64,000 nucleotides of DNA from Antedon mediterranea (Eukaryota; Animalia; Echinodermata). The stretch covers positions 21,125,432 to 21,189,431 of the forward strand of contig NC_092679.1 of the NCBI RefSeq assembly GCF_964355755.1. Direction: 5' to 3'. A program made the position numbers and the translations under genes. The first letter of the stretch is position 1; each line of letters begins with the position of its first letter. The notes beneath the pieces are model-generated. The model saw nothing but the letters and a program-made list of their open reading frames with translations. It was not told the origin of the DNA and ran no database searches. Below, in pieces: positions 23,701 to 36,040 of this stretch.

Positions 23701-26700
23701 AAAGTTTAATATTTTGGTATATCTGTTATAAAACGACATATTTGATATAAAACAACTGTATAGTTATGTATAGTACAGGGAAATTTTCGAAAAATCGCCA
23801 ATTTTCGACTTTTTTATTGTGTTTACATAGACAAAGGCTTTTGAAGAGGTGCTCTACAATTTATAATTAGATAATGTTTCTATGCGAGTACTAGTACGGT
23901 AGTATGTTTCTTGCAACCAATTCCAAACTTATCAAAAGTGTTGTTTCAGTTCGAAACTAACCTGTCCCAAACCATCAAGAATTCTCAGCGCAATCAGTAG
24001 ATTCACACTGATAGCCGCTACCATTGGAATCAACGAAGTCAGGAGAGAAGACCATACAACTGCAATCGCAATAACGCGTTTGCCGCCAATAACTTGTCCT
24101 GCCAACCAACCCCCGGGAATCGGCATGATGGTGTAACCAATGTAGAACGATCCAAGGATAATTTGTTGCGTTTTAGTGTTCCAGTCAAATGTCTACGAGG
24201 ATGAAAAAACCCATGTGTGAAATAGATTTGACAAAATTCAATCGACATAAATAGAAACACACTAAAACAATGAACGTAGGCATCAGTAAAGTAATTACAG
24301 CATCATGTCCATATATGGGCACATCACATACAGTTTGATTGTGTAGTTACTTTGCCCTTTGACATTCATTTGAATCTCAATGTAAATACTTTTTTAATTA
24401 TTAATTAATATTTGTGATGTGTTGATGTTATGTTAACTAATTGTTATAAATGCTGTTTTGTTAATTTCGAGCAAGAACAGTTAAGTCTGATATAATATTT
24501 GCTGTTGCTTGCTTCTGGCAAGAATAGTGGTTGATAAACATGTCGAATAAATAGTATTATATAACACATAAATTCATTCCTGTCATTTGATTGGACGAAT
24601 GTGGGTCACATGGCGTGCAATAGTACGCACTATTCAACGATCGTTAAATAGTACTTTTTGAAACATTTTTGTGTACGAAAAAAAAATGTTTCGCGGATGA
24701 AAAAAAATCTAGTATACAAATTACCCTAAATTTTAGATATGCATACTGTAATATGGCTCTGTACTGTGAAATACAACAGCGCCACCTGTCGTCTGGTCTC
24801 AGTAAACACCCCCGCGGGCAGCAGATTTTTGTGTACGATTTGGACATATATAATATGTACTAATTTCATTCAAAAAGGCATTTAAATTAGCTTTAGATCG
24901 TCATTTTGCTTAATTAAGGGGATATCCCTACAAGACTGTGGAATTGTTGGAAAAACCATAATTAGCCTAGATAAGTTTGAGTTTAAGTTTGCCTTTCAGC
25001 CAAGCTAGGCTATAAGTACTATACTAGGTCTAGCCTAGGCCATGCTACTCATTCATTCATTCATCTTTATTTCGGAAAAAAAAAATTCTCCATAGTTCAG
25101 TAACAAATTAGTGTACATTATTGCAAATATAACAAATATATATCTTTGCCTCTTGTGTTTATATATATATATATGTATTCAGGTTGAAATTATCAGACCG
25201 TTAGGATAGAGTGCTCAATACCAAGGTAGAGCATAAATAAATAAAATAACAATAAACCAAGTTTTCTGCTGTTATTTTATTTATATATATATGTAGATAT
25301 ATATATATATATATATATAAAACCTACGCTACATAGTGACGTGGTTAGAACAATAGATTCATCCATCTACTATGTAGATTGGATGAAGGAAAAGCAAATT
25401 CATGAATACATTTTATGACAATATTGTCTGACCTCCCTAACCTGCACAACATGCCAAACACCACCTTACGTTGTAGTTCGTAGAACGAGCCGATGTGGTT
25501 TTCTACAAACATGGTGCTGGCACTGCATGACCTAGGTTTATTAAGGAGCAGGCGTAAGGCATTGTTGAAGCACCACTAAGGCGCAGGATTGGTCATAGCA
25601 ATAAATAGCAAACAAATAGCTGTGTAAATGCTATACCTGATACAGCAATAATAGCAATTAATAGCAAACAAATAGCTGTGTAATTGCTATACATGATACA
25701 GCAATAATAGCAATTAATAGCAAACAAATAGCTGTGTAATTGCTATACCTTTTACAGCAATAATAGCAAATAATAGCAAACAAATAGCTGTGTAATTGCT
25801 ATACCTGATACAGCAATAATAGCAAATAATAGCAAACAAATAGCTGTGTAATTGCTATACCTGATACAGCAATAATAGCAAATAATAGCAAACAAATAGC
25901 TGTGTAATTGCTATACCTGATACAGCAATAATAGCAAACTAGAACTTAAACTCGTCACTTGAGGACGAGTTTGGTTATCCGCCAGCAACAAAGCGTATCT
26001 TGCGTATTCAAGTACTTCCAAGTTATGACTTTTTCAAAAAAAGTAGGCTATTCAAAATTAAAACTGCCCTCTCAGTGTAATACCCAACTAAACCCTTTTA
26101 ATAAATTGTTTTCCCGTGACGGGACTCGAACCCGGTACCTCTGATACCAAAGTCGGTTGCATTACACATCGAGCCATATGACCACCTGCTGACGAAAATC
26201 CGAAGAAAGAGTCCTCGTTCATTCGGTATGTCGTGAACCCCCTCGATGCAAGTTGATTATTACATATCAAACTTAAATCATAAATTTTACTATGATGAAA
26301 TCTTCAAAAATTTTAAACGCTGATATTTTATGAAAGTACATACTTTCAAGTTTTATATATTAACATGTAAAGAAAAAAGATAAATGTTATGTTTATTGGT
26401 TTGCTCTTTGAATAAGTTTATGTTTGTTTGATGATAAATATTTCAAAAATTATATTTAATATGCAAATAATGTAGCCATCAAACACGTTTTAGCATTCAA
26501 CACTATAATAAATCAGACCTATGATTCATACACTGCAAGAAATTAAAATAAAAAATGGGGGTAACCTTGCATTCTGATGAACTGTTTCATTTTTAAAAGT
26601 AGACATATTTTGGAACATTTTCACAATTTGTTGACGTTTTCGTGCGCAACCTGTCATGTTTAACGTGCTCGTAGAACGCCATTTCAAGTTGAAAAGTGAA

Positions 26701-29700
26701 TAAAATAACGCAAAATTGTTAACCGAAGATTTAAAAACACAATTCGTGTAAAAGAAATGCTCATACCTGTTCCCTGCGCCGTGCGCGCGTAAAAATGTGC
26801 GCACCAGTGGCAATTTTTTAAACGCTTAAAATGACCTGAATCGTGCTCTAATTTAATCAGAAATTGATTTGAAGCATTTTAAAATTTCAAACGCCATTTA
26901 CGCGCGCACTTTCTAATGTTACAAATTGCGATAGCGTTAAAAAAGTTAACTATTGATGTAAAGCAAACGTGGCTGAAAATGACGTTAAAAAATATTCATT
27001 TGTTTCGAAGTTATAACCAATTTAAGATTTTCAGAAAATCACGCGTAACTTACGCTACGCGGCTCTGACATCGTCAAAAAGCTTGGCTGGACAACTTCAG
27101 TAAAATGTCTATATGTTGAACAAGTTACAAAATGTTATGTTAACGCGTTACAGAGAAACAGCGTGCACAAATTAGGAGCATTTTAAAATTTCAAACGCAG
27201 TTTACGCGCAGATTTTCTAGTGTTCAAAAATTTGCTGAAGAGCAAAAAAGTTAGCCATTGATGTGAAGAAAACGTGGCTGAAAATTTCGTTAAAAAATAT
27301 TTATCGGTTTCGAAGTTAAGACCGATTTAAGATTTTCAGAAAATCGCGCGTAACTTACGCTACGCGGATCTGACATTGTCAAAAAGCTTCGCAGTACATC
27401 GTCAGTTAATTGTCTATATGTTGACCAAGTTACAAAATGTTATGTTAACACGTTCAAGAGAAAACGCGTACACAAAATCTGAGAAAGAAAGAAGAATAAC
27501 TAGAACTTAAACTCGTCACTTGAGGACGAGTTTGGTTATCCGCCAGCAACAAAGCGTATCTTGCGTATTCAAGTACTTCCAAGTTATGACTTTTCCAAAA
27601 AAAGTAGGCTATTCAAAATTAAAACTGCCCTCTCAGTGTAATAACCAACTAAACCCTTTTAATTAATTGTTTTCCCGTGACGGGACTCGAACCCGGTACC
27701 TCTGATACCAAAGTCGGTTGCATTACACATCGAGCCATATGACCACCTGCTGACGAAAATCCGAAGAAAGAGTCCTCGTTCATTCGGTATGTCGTGAACC
27801 CCCTCGATGCAAGTTGATTATTACATATCAAACTTAAATCATAAATTTTACTATGATGAAATCTTCAAAAATTTTAAACGCTGATATTTTATGAAAGTAC
27901 ATACTTTCAAGTTTTATATATTAACATGTAAAGAAAAAAGATAAATGTTATGTTTATTGTTTTGCTCTTTGAATAAGTTTATGTTTGTTTGATGATAAAT
28001 ATTTCAAAAATTATATTTAATATGCAAATAATGTAGCCATCAAACACGTTTTAGCATTCAACACTATAATAAATCAGACCTATGATTCATACACTGCAAG
28101 AAATTAAAATAAAAAATGGTGGTAACCTTGCATTCTGATGAACTGTGTCATTTTTAAAAGTAGACATATTTTGGAACATTTTCACAATTTGTTGACGTTT
28201 TCGTGCGCAACCTGTCATGTTTAACGTGCTCGTAGAACGCCATTTCAAGTTGAAAAGTGAATAAAATAACGTAAAATTGTTAACAGAAGATTTAAAAACA
28301 CAAATCGTGTAAAAGAAATGCTCATACCTGTTCCCTGCGCCGTGCGCGCGTAAAAATGTGCGCACCAGTGGCAATTTTTTAAACGCTTAAAATGACCTGA
28401 ATCGTGCTCTAATTTAATCAGAAAGTGATTTGAAGCATTTTAAAATTTCAAACGCCATTTACGCGCGCACTTTCTAATGTTACAAATTGCGATAGCGTTA
28501 AAAAAGTTAACTATTGATGTGAAGCAAACGTGGCTGAAAATGACGTTAAAAAATATTCATTTGTTTCGAAGTTATAACCAATTTAAGATTTTCAGAAAAT
28601 CACGCGTAACTTACGCTACGCGGCTCTGACATCGTCAAAAAGCTTGGCTGGACAACTTCAGTAAAATGTCTATATGTTGAACAAGTTACAAAATGTTATG
28701 TTAACGCGTTACAGAGAAACAGCGTGCACAAATTAGGAGCATTTTAAAATTTCAAACGCAGTTTACGCGCAGACTTTCTAGTGTTCAAAAATTTGCTGAA
28801 GAGCGAAAAAGTTAGCCATTGATGTGAAGAAAACGTGGCTGAAAATTTCGTTAAAAAATATTTATCGGTTTCGAAGTTATGACCGATTTAAGATTTTCAG
28901 AAAATCGCGCGTAACTTACGCTACGCGGATCTGACATTGTCAAAAAGCTTCGCAGTACATCTTCAGTTAATTGTCTATATGTTGACCAAGTTACAAAATG
29001 TTATGTTAACACGTTCAAGAGAAAACGCGTACACAAAATCGGAGAAAGAAAGAAGAATAATAAAAAAAAAAAGTAACACTACAATAACAAAGGTTATCCG
29101 CTTGAGGCGGATAACCAATAAAAAAAAAAAACTAGATCTGAACTCGTCACTTGAGGACGAGTTTGGTTATCCGCCCGCCACAAAACGTATCTTGCGCATT
29201 CAAGTACTTTTCAGTTATGGCTTTTCCAAAAAGTAGCCAATTCGAAATTAAAACTGCCTTTTCAGTGTAACAACCAAATAAATCCTTTTATTAAATTGTT
29301 TTCCCGTGACGGGACTCGATCCCGGTACCTCTGATACCAAAGTCGGTGGCACTACACATCGAGCCATATGAGCACCTGCTGAAGAAAATCCGACGAAAGT
29401 TTACTCGTTCATTCGGTATGTCGTGAACCACTCGATGCAAATAGATTATTACTTATCAAACTAAATCATAATTTTTACTATGAAGAAATCTTCACAAATT
29501 TTAAACAGTGACATATTATGAAAGTGCATACTTTTAAGTTTTATATATTAACATGTGAAGAAAAAAGATAAACGTTATGTTTATTATTTTGCTCTTTGAA
29601 AATGTTTATGTTTGTTTGATGATAAAAATTTCAAAAATTATATTTAATATGCAAATAATGTAGCCACCAAACACCTTTTAACATTCGACACTATAATAAA

Positions 29701-32381
29701 TCAGACCTATGATTCATACACTGCAAGAAAATAAAATAAAAAATGGTGGTAACCTTGCATTCTGATGAACTGTATCATTTTTAAAAGTATACATATTTGG
29801 CAACATTTTCAAATTTTTTCAACATTTTACGTGCGCAACCAGTCATGTTTAACGTGCTCGTAGAACGTCATTTCAAGTTGAATAGTGATTAAAATAACGT
29901 AAAATTGTTAACCGAAGATTGAAAAACACAACTCGTGCAAAAGAAATGCTCATACGTGTTCCCTGCGCCGTGCGCACGTAAAAATGTGCGCACCTGGTGG
30001 CAATTTTTCAAACCCTTAAAATGACCTGAATCGTGCTCTAATTTAATCAGAAATTGATTTGGAGCATTTTAAAATTTCAAAAGCCGTTTACGCGCGCACT
30101 TTCCAATGTTACAAATGTCGGTAGCGATGAAAAAGTTAGCAATTGATGTGAAGCAAACGTGGCTGGAAATTACGTTAAAAAATATATATTTGTTTCGAAG
30201 TTATGATCAACTTAAGATTTTCAGAAATTCGCGCGTAACTTACGCTACGCGGATCTGACAGCGTCCAAAAGCTTCGCTGCACAACTTCAGTTAAATGTCG
30301 AAATGTTTAGAAAGTTACAACATGTTATGTTAACACGTTGCAGAGAAAAGTTGAACACAAAAAGTGGCGGAAATATGGAAGAATAATAAAAAAAAGAAAC
30401 ACTACAATTCCAAGAGCTTATCCGCCTTGAGGCGGATAACCAAAAAGTAACACTACAATAACAAATGCTTATCCGCTTGAGGCGGATAACCAATAATAGC
30501 AAACCGTCAAATAGCTGTGTAGCCTAATTGCTATACCTGATACAGCAATAATAGGAAATAATAGCAAACAAATAGCTGTGTAATTGCTATACCTTTTAGA
30601 GCAATAATAGCAAATAATAGCAAACAAATAGCTGTGTAATTGCTATACTTGATACAGCAATAATAGCAAATAATAGCAAACAAATAGCTGTGTAAATGCT
30701 ATACCTGATACAGCAATAATAGCAATTAATAGCAAACAAATAGCTGTGTAATTGCTATACATGATACAGCAATAATAGCAATTAATAGCAAACAAATAGC
30801 TGTGTAATTGCTATACCTTTTACAGCAATAATAGCAAATAATAGCAAACAAATAGCTGTGTAATTGCTATACCTGATAGAGCAATAATAGCAAATAATAG
30901 CAAACAAATAGCTGTGTAATTGCTATACCTGATACAGCAATAATAGCAAACAAATAGCTGTGTAATTGCTATACCTGATAGAGCAATAATAGCAAATAAT
31001 AGCAAACAAATAGCTGTGTAATTGCTATACCTGATAGAGCAATAATAGCAAATAATAGCAAACAAATAGCTGTGTAATTGCTATACCTGATACAGCAATA
31101 ATAGCAAATAATAGCAAACAAATAGCTGTGTAATTGCTATACCTGATACAGCAATAATAGCAAATAATAGCAAACAAATAGCTGTGTAATTGCTATACCT
31201 GATACAGCAATAATAGCAAATAATAGCAAACAAATAGCTGTGTAATTGCTATACCTGATACAGCAATAATAGCAAATAATAGCAAACAAATAGCTGTGTA
31301 ATTGCTATACCTTTTACAGCAATAATAGCAAATAATAGCAAACAAATAGCTGTGTAATTGCTATACCTGATACAGCAATAATAGCAAATAATAGCAAACA
31401 AATAGCTGTGTAATTGCTATACCTGATACAGCAATAATAGCAAATAATAGCAAACAAATAGCTGTGTAATTGCTATACCTTTTACAGCAATAATAGCAAA
31501 TAATAGCAAACAAATAGCTGTGTAATTGCTATACCTTTTACAGCAATAATAGCAAATAATAGCAAACAAATAGCTGTGTAATTGCTATACCTGATACAGC
31601 AATACTTCCATAGATTTTACATTACATTACATTAGGCCTAGCTTTAGCCTTGCTAGGCCTAGGATTGTTTGGTCGTTTGTTGACATAATTAATACAAAAG
31701 TAGGTGTGTTTACGAAATCCATATAAATATAACATTTAATATAAAATTATTAAAAACCAAATGTTACTGTTTTTAATCAATGTGAATGAAATGTAGAGTA
31801 GGCCTTGGCTAGCTAGGGCTACCTTATTTGATTCAAATGGCAGCAATTTATTGTTTGAGAAATTAAAAAGGAAACAACGCTTTTAGCGCTGCTTCGTCCC
31901 CAACCCAATCAACATAACGTGAAACGAATGTTCCTGTAGCTTTACCCTATTATAATCATTAATTTGTATCGTTAAAAATATGCGTACATTTTTGTTTTAC
32001 GACAATATACGCCACTGATAAGACTTGTTAGAAGTTATTTCGACGCTTTTCGCTGTTTGTCATGTGAACGCCATACGGTGCTAAAATATTTATCTTTTTA
32101 CTAATATTAAGTCAGAACTCCGTCTCGAACCCAGGCTAGCCATTGATATACATGCATGTCATTTCAAGTGTTAACAATAACTATAATATGCCTATACATA
32201 CATCTGTTGTAATGTTGTTACATTTGTTTTGTCCGTCCGGTCCCAACTCCTCAATACACGTTTCGGCGTCCTCCGGCGGCTCTTGCACCATCACCGTCAT
32301 GGCGATATTTAAGTTCATTCTCATACAGTACAGTATACACATCGCCAGACAACACATGAAAGGAATTGTATATCGAATCAT
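20712..32381 (-). CDS. SLC17-family (sialin-like) transporter, copy B, about 478 aa, intact
   Basis: Minus-strand exons 32381-32202, 24192-23962, 23690-23603, 23124-23029, 22777-22647, 22521-22378, 22154-22022, 21414-21170, 20900-20712. Exon sizes and phases match copy A. Intron 1 is about 8 kb. Confidence 0.88.
21680..21960 (+). mobile_element. tRNA-derived SINE with conserved core and L2-like tail
   Basis: B-box GAGGTTCGAATTC, core TCCTTTAGGCAAGATACTTTAC...CTCTCCACCCAGGTG...TATAAATGGG and 3' end GCGCTATATAAAT...(ATT)n. Confidence 0.65.
23331..23526. mobile_element. MITE with TIR GGTCTTTCACACA...TGTGTGAAAGACC
   Basis: Clear terminal inverted repeat in intron 3 of copy B. Confidence 0.65.
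25597..25937. repeat. 56-bp satellite, left part
   Basis: Unit AGCAAACAAATAGCTGTGTAATTGCTATACCTGATACAGCAATAATAGCAAATAAT, about 6 copies. Confidence 0.95.
25938..30491 (+). mobile_element. Three nested/tandem non-autonomous Helentron (HINE-like) elements, about 1.3-1.6 kb each
   Basis: Units start ACTAGA...CTCGTCACTTGAGGACGAG TTTGGTTATCCGCC at 25938, 27499 and 29131. The 3' hairpins TTATCCGC(C)TTGAGGCGGATAACC end at about 29116, 30441 and 30491. The subterminal inverted repeat is TTGGTTATCCGCC/GGCGGATAACCAA. Inserted in A-runs with no TSD. Confidence 0.75.
26112..26186 (-). other. tRNA-derived (pseudo-tRNA/SINE head) segment inside the HINE; copies at about 27673-27747 and 29302-29376
   Basis: A-box TGGCTCGATGTG, a CTTTG anticodon-loop-like stretch and T-arm CCGGGTTCGAGTCCCG; the acceptor stem does not pair. 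Confidence 0.6.
30492..31603. repeat. 56-bp satellite, right part (about 20 copies)
   Basis: Same unit as 25597-25937; period 56 (for example 31081 to 31137). Confidence 0.95.
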
Positions 32382-32909
32382 TTTGAAAACACGGCTAACA
32401 AAATAACAGTTTACAATAATTCTAATCAACACAGTCACAAGTGAATTGTACTAACAAAGAGTAACTTCGGAAAAAAAAACTGATCAATCTCTTTGCATAT
32501 GATTTTCTCCTGGCATAAGCCCTAAACGAGTATTTTCTGTACTTATTACCCCAACATGCGGAATTCACTTAGATTGTTGTGCTGGTCCGTGATAACGCTA
32601 GCTTAACATTTAATTGCTGTACAAAAAATGGATCAACCTGAATTTTAGGCATAATATAAAGAATATAGGCCTATAGGGGTTTAATATTATTTGCATTTAA
32701 ATAGGACTGTTCCATTTTGATATGGGTGTTAACCAACGTCTATAGCGTGTTCATTCCTAGGAAATAACTTCAGTCAATTACTGTTGAGAAACAAAAAAAA
32801 AGACAAACGCTTCAAAGTTATACAGCTTTGTTTCTCAAACACACATAAATAATTCTATAAATTCAAATTATATAATTTAATCCTATTATAAATGTGTATA
32901 CAAAACAGT

Positions 32910-33162
32910 GTAATGGAATTGTATACCGAATCATGCTGAAACCAGCCAAAATATAGGTTCACAATGATTCTACTCAACACAATCAAATAAACAGCCGATT
33001 TCCATAAATTAAAATTGTTAAAAAAAAGCGGTAACTTTCTTCGGAAAAGTGCTAATCAATATTTTCGTGTTAGCTTTGCATCTGGCCTTTAAACCAAAAG
33101 AATTAAGGTCAAACGCCACACTCTATATATAATATAATATCCATTCTTTCTTTGAACAAAAC
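32910..33162 (-). pseudogene. Orphan fragment: 5' flank plus the first codons (MIRYTIP) of an SLC17 exon 1
   Basis: The reverse complement matches copy A 11015-11283, including GCATGATTCGGTATACAATTCC, then breaks off. Confidence 0.75.
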
Positions 33163-34904
33163 AAATATTCAAGTATTCAACGCCACATACAAAATTTTCA
33201 AAAGCCGGCGAGCAGTCTTAAAGTTACAAGTAAACTGTAATTGCATTTTCTCGAAAACTACTTGTCCAAAAAACTTAATTTTTGTACAAGAGGCAAGAGT
33301 TATAATTTCTGATTCGTAATTTTAAAACATAATTTGATTTAATGTGCACGTTTTTTAATGCGAGTAGTTTAAAAAAACCTATTTCTTTTCAAATTCACTG
33401 CTGTTCTATTGTTAGTCAACTGAAGCTATTGTTAATTGAAAGGCCTGTTAAATGACCATTACACTAAACTCGCATACACAGCTTGTAGTGAAATTAGCCT
33501 AAATCACAAATAGCATTAAGACACACACAAATATATATATATTTTTTTTATCGGAGAAATCTTATGTAGGAGAATTTTACAGTAGGCGGAGGTATGCACT
33601 CTCGGAGTGGCTTTCTAATTGTTGAATGTTTTGATGTTAGCTTAATTGTTAAAACTGGTAAAAGAAGTAGGCCTAATATAACGCTGGCGGCAACGAATTT
33701 AACGACCTTCACAACAAAAATATGTCTTTGTAACAAAATTTATTTTAAATGGAACGCTACAAAAATAATCATCTGCTTCATCATTGCATGCATACCTAAT
33801 AACCAGACAAGAACGTATCTTTGTTACGTTTTACTATCAATCCATTTTCATATCACGCAATCCATTTTTCAACAATATAGGCCTAGGAGTATAATAGTAA
33901 CATTTTGATTGAATAGTGAGGGATTAGTTACAGTGTTGACTTTGAATAAGCCATTACCCACGCATAAAAGTGTTACTGCATTCACACATGAACTTTGCGT
34001 AACAAAAGAAATCAACGACAAACGAAATATAGCCTATATAGGCCTATTCATTCCTTTTAAATATTAGGCATATTGCCAAGGCTAGCCCAAATCATAACTG
34101 TGCGTATAGTTTTGTATTTCCGATGCGTGTAGTACACTATTTATCTTCATTTCCGTACGTCCGTAAGTATTAGGCCGAATTTCCGTAATAAGTTATGGAC
34201 GTTCCGAAATTTGAACCGTGTTATACCGGTAGCAGACCGAAAGTTTGCTTCTTTATGCAAATGTCCTATCATTATATTCTTTATTTTATTTTGGAGTGTG
34301 GTTTAAAACAACACTTTTGTAAAGTTTATAGTGGATAAACAAAAATTAATTTTTGGAAATTGTGGTTTTAACATCTGACTTTATTTAGCATTAAAATTCA
34401 AAATAATACAATTTAACGTTTTGCTCAATATATTTATAGCAACAGCTTCATATTTTTTTGTATAACATTTTAAAATTATTAATTGATAATTAATTTACAT
34501 TAATTGAGTACAGTTATTAGAATGTATTACCGTACCAAAAGTAGGGCTACCTTCATCGGGGACTTCCCCGTGACGTTCGCATTGAACGAAAAAAAATTTA
34601 TCATGAATTTTACGTGCGAGAGTACCATTTGCGGCCATCTAGGGGTGTCATTTAACAATTTGCTTGCTCGAATGCTCAGTGTCTACAGCCCTAGAGTATT
34701 TGGGCAACCCTCTTGAAATAGTCCTGCGACCGCCCCTGATAGCTCTATTTATTTACAGCAATTTGTTGAGGAAACTAAACATATAAATGTAAGTACAAGG
34801 TGGTAGTGATACAGTTGAGTAGGCCTACGTATTGACTGGTGGTCTAGAAAAAAATAATCGAATGCTATAATGTAAACTACAGTACATGATACCATAGATA
34901 TTGT

Positions 34905-36040
34905 AGTGTAATCTATATATAAATTATGGTTGATTCTGACATAGCCGAGCACAATGGAAAAACTTCGGTACTAATCTCCGCCTTGGATACCTACCTTATC
35001 TATCTCAGATGTACCGCGAAACGTAGATTTGATAACATTAGTTTCCACTTTTTCTATCTTAGGAAGATATTATAAAGGGTTTTATAAGAAATTTTCTGAT
35101 TTCAATCGGTAAATTTTAAATCTACCGGCGGTAAATAATTTCCGGGTTCACCGAAGGTGTGTCAATCACCTTGCAAGTTCCCTGCATGGTTGGTTTCAAC
35201 CAGGGAGTTGTGAAACAACTCCCTTTTTCAACTAAGTTGGCCGTTGGTGGCGATAGCCATTTTGTTTTTTTTGTTTATTTTCGGACCGCGCGTGTGAAGG
35301 TATACTGTAGTACCGTAGTACATAAAGATCAAATTAAATATATTCATAAAACATAGGAGTAAATTGTGGGAAATAATTATATAAAATTACATCGAGAGAA
35401 ATGAGCTTTTGTTTGAAATGAATGTAACCCCGATAGCCGAGTTAGCTGCCAGGATTTATGTATACTATGCGCTATCTGTGACCCTGGGATACTTCTGCTC
35501 ATGTTGCAAGCCGTCCAAAACGTACTCCTTCTTAGGCCAAAACGGCTCACTGTGTCGCGGATTAATGTATTAATTATACCAATTAGGATGGTATTTATTT
35601 GAATAAACGCCCGGAACACCTCCCCAATAAAACATCAATTAAAATAATTATCACCACTCGCCCCCACCCCCCTCCCATCCAAATACCATCTAATTAACGC
35701 CCATCCATATTTATAACACAATTGTACTATTTTTGAGTAGATTTCATTGGACTGTTATCTACAATTTACCAAGCATTTGTTATTCTTTTTTTACCACTTT
35801 TCATATCTACAATAAACACTATACGTAAAACGCTATTAATCATCTAAGCCACTGTGAAACAGGTTAGTGAGTAGGTTTAGTTTTACGAATATCAAAAGCA
35901 TTTAAATAATGGTAACCGATCGAAATCGTCCAAGCCAGAATGTCCTTCTAAAACTTTTTAACCAAGTCATTATCATTCCGAGAACCATCGTCTACACTTT
36001 CTACAGGGGGGGAGCGAGCGAAGCGAGCTCACCATCTAGT
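34905..36040 (-). repeat. Left arm of a large inverted repeat (partner 42391-43212); element starting ACTAGA.GGTGAGCTCGCTTCGCTCGCTCCCC
   Basis: Extensive reverse-complement identity to 42391-43212, with indels. Confidence 0.8.

Noticed and set aside
26112-26186. Functional tRNA gene
   Set aside because: Acceptor and D stems do not pair, and it is embedded in a repeated element; kept only as a tRNA-derived segment.
26188-26220. CTGACGA...GAAA as a second hammerhead
   Set aside because: No stem II pairing, and the core is altered in unit 3.
26526-28374. Duplicated 95-aa ORFs in the HINE units
   Set aside because: Non-ATG starts, no recognisable domain, and not maintained in unit 3.
25597-31603. 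Regular repeats resembling a CRISPR array, and ORF 30820-31065
   Set aside because: Head-to-tail satellite with no unique spacers and no cas genes, in a eukaryotic intron.
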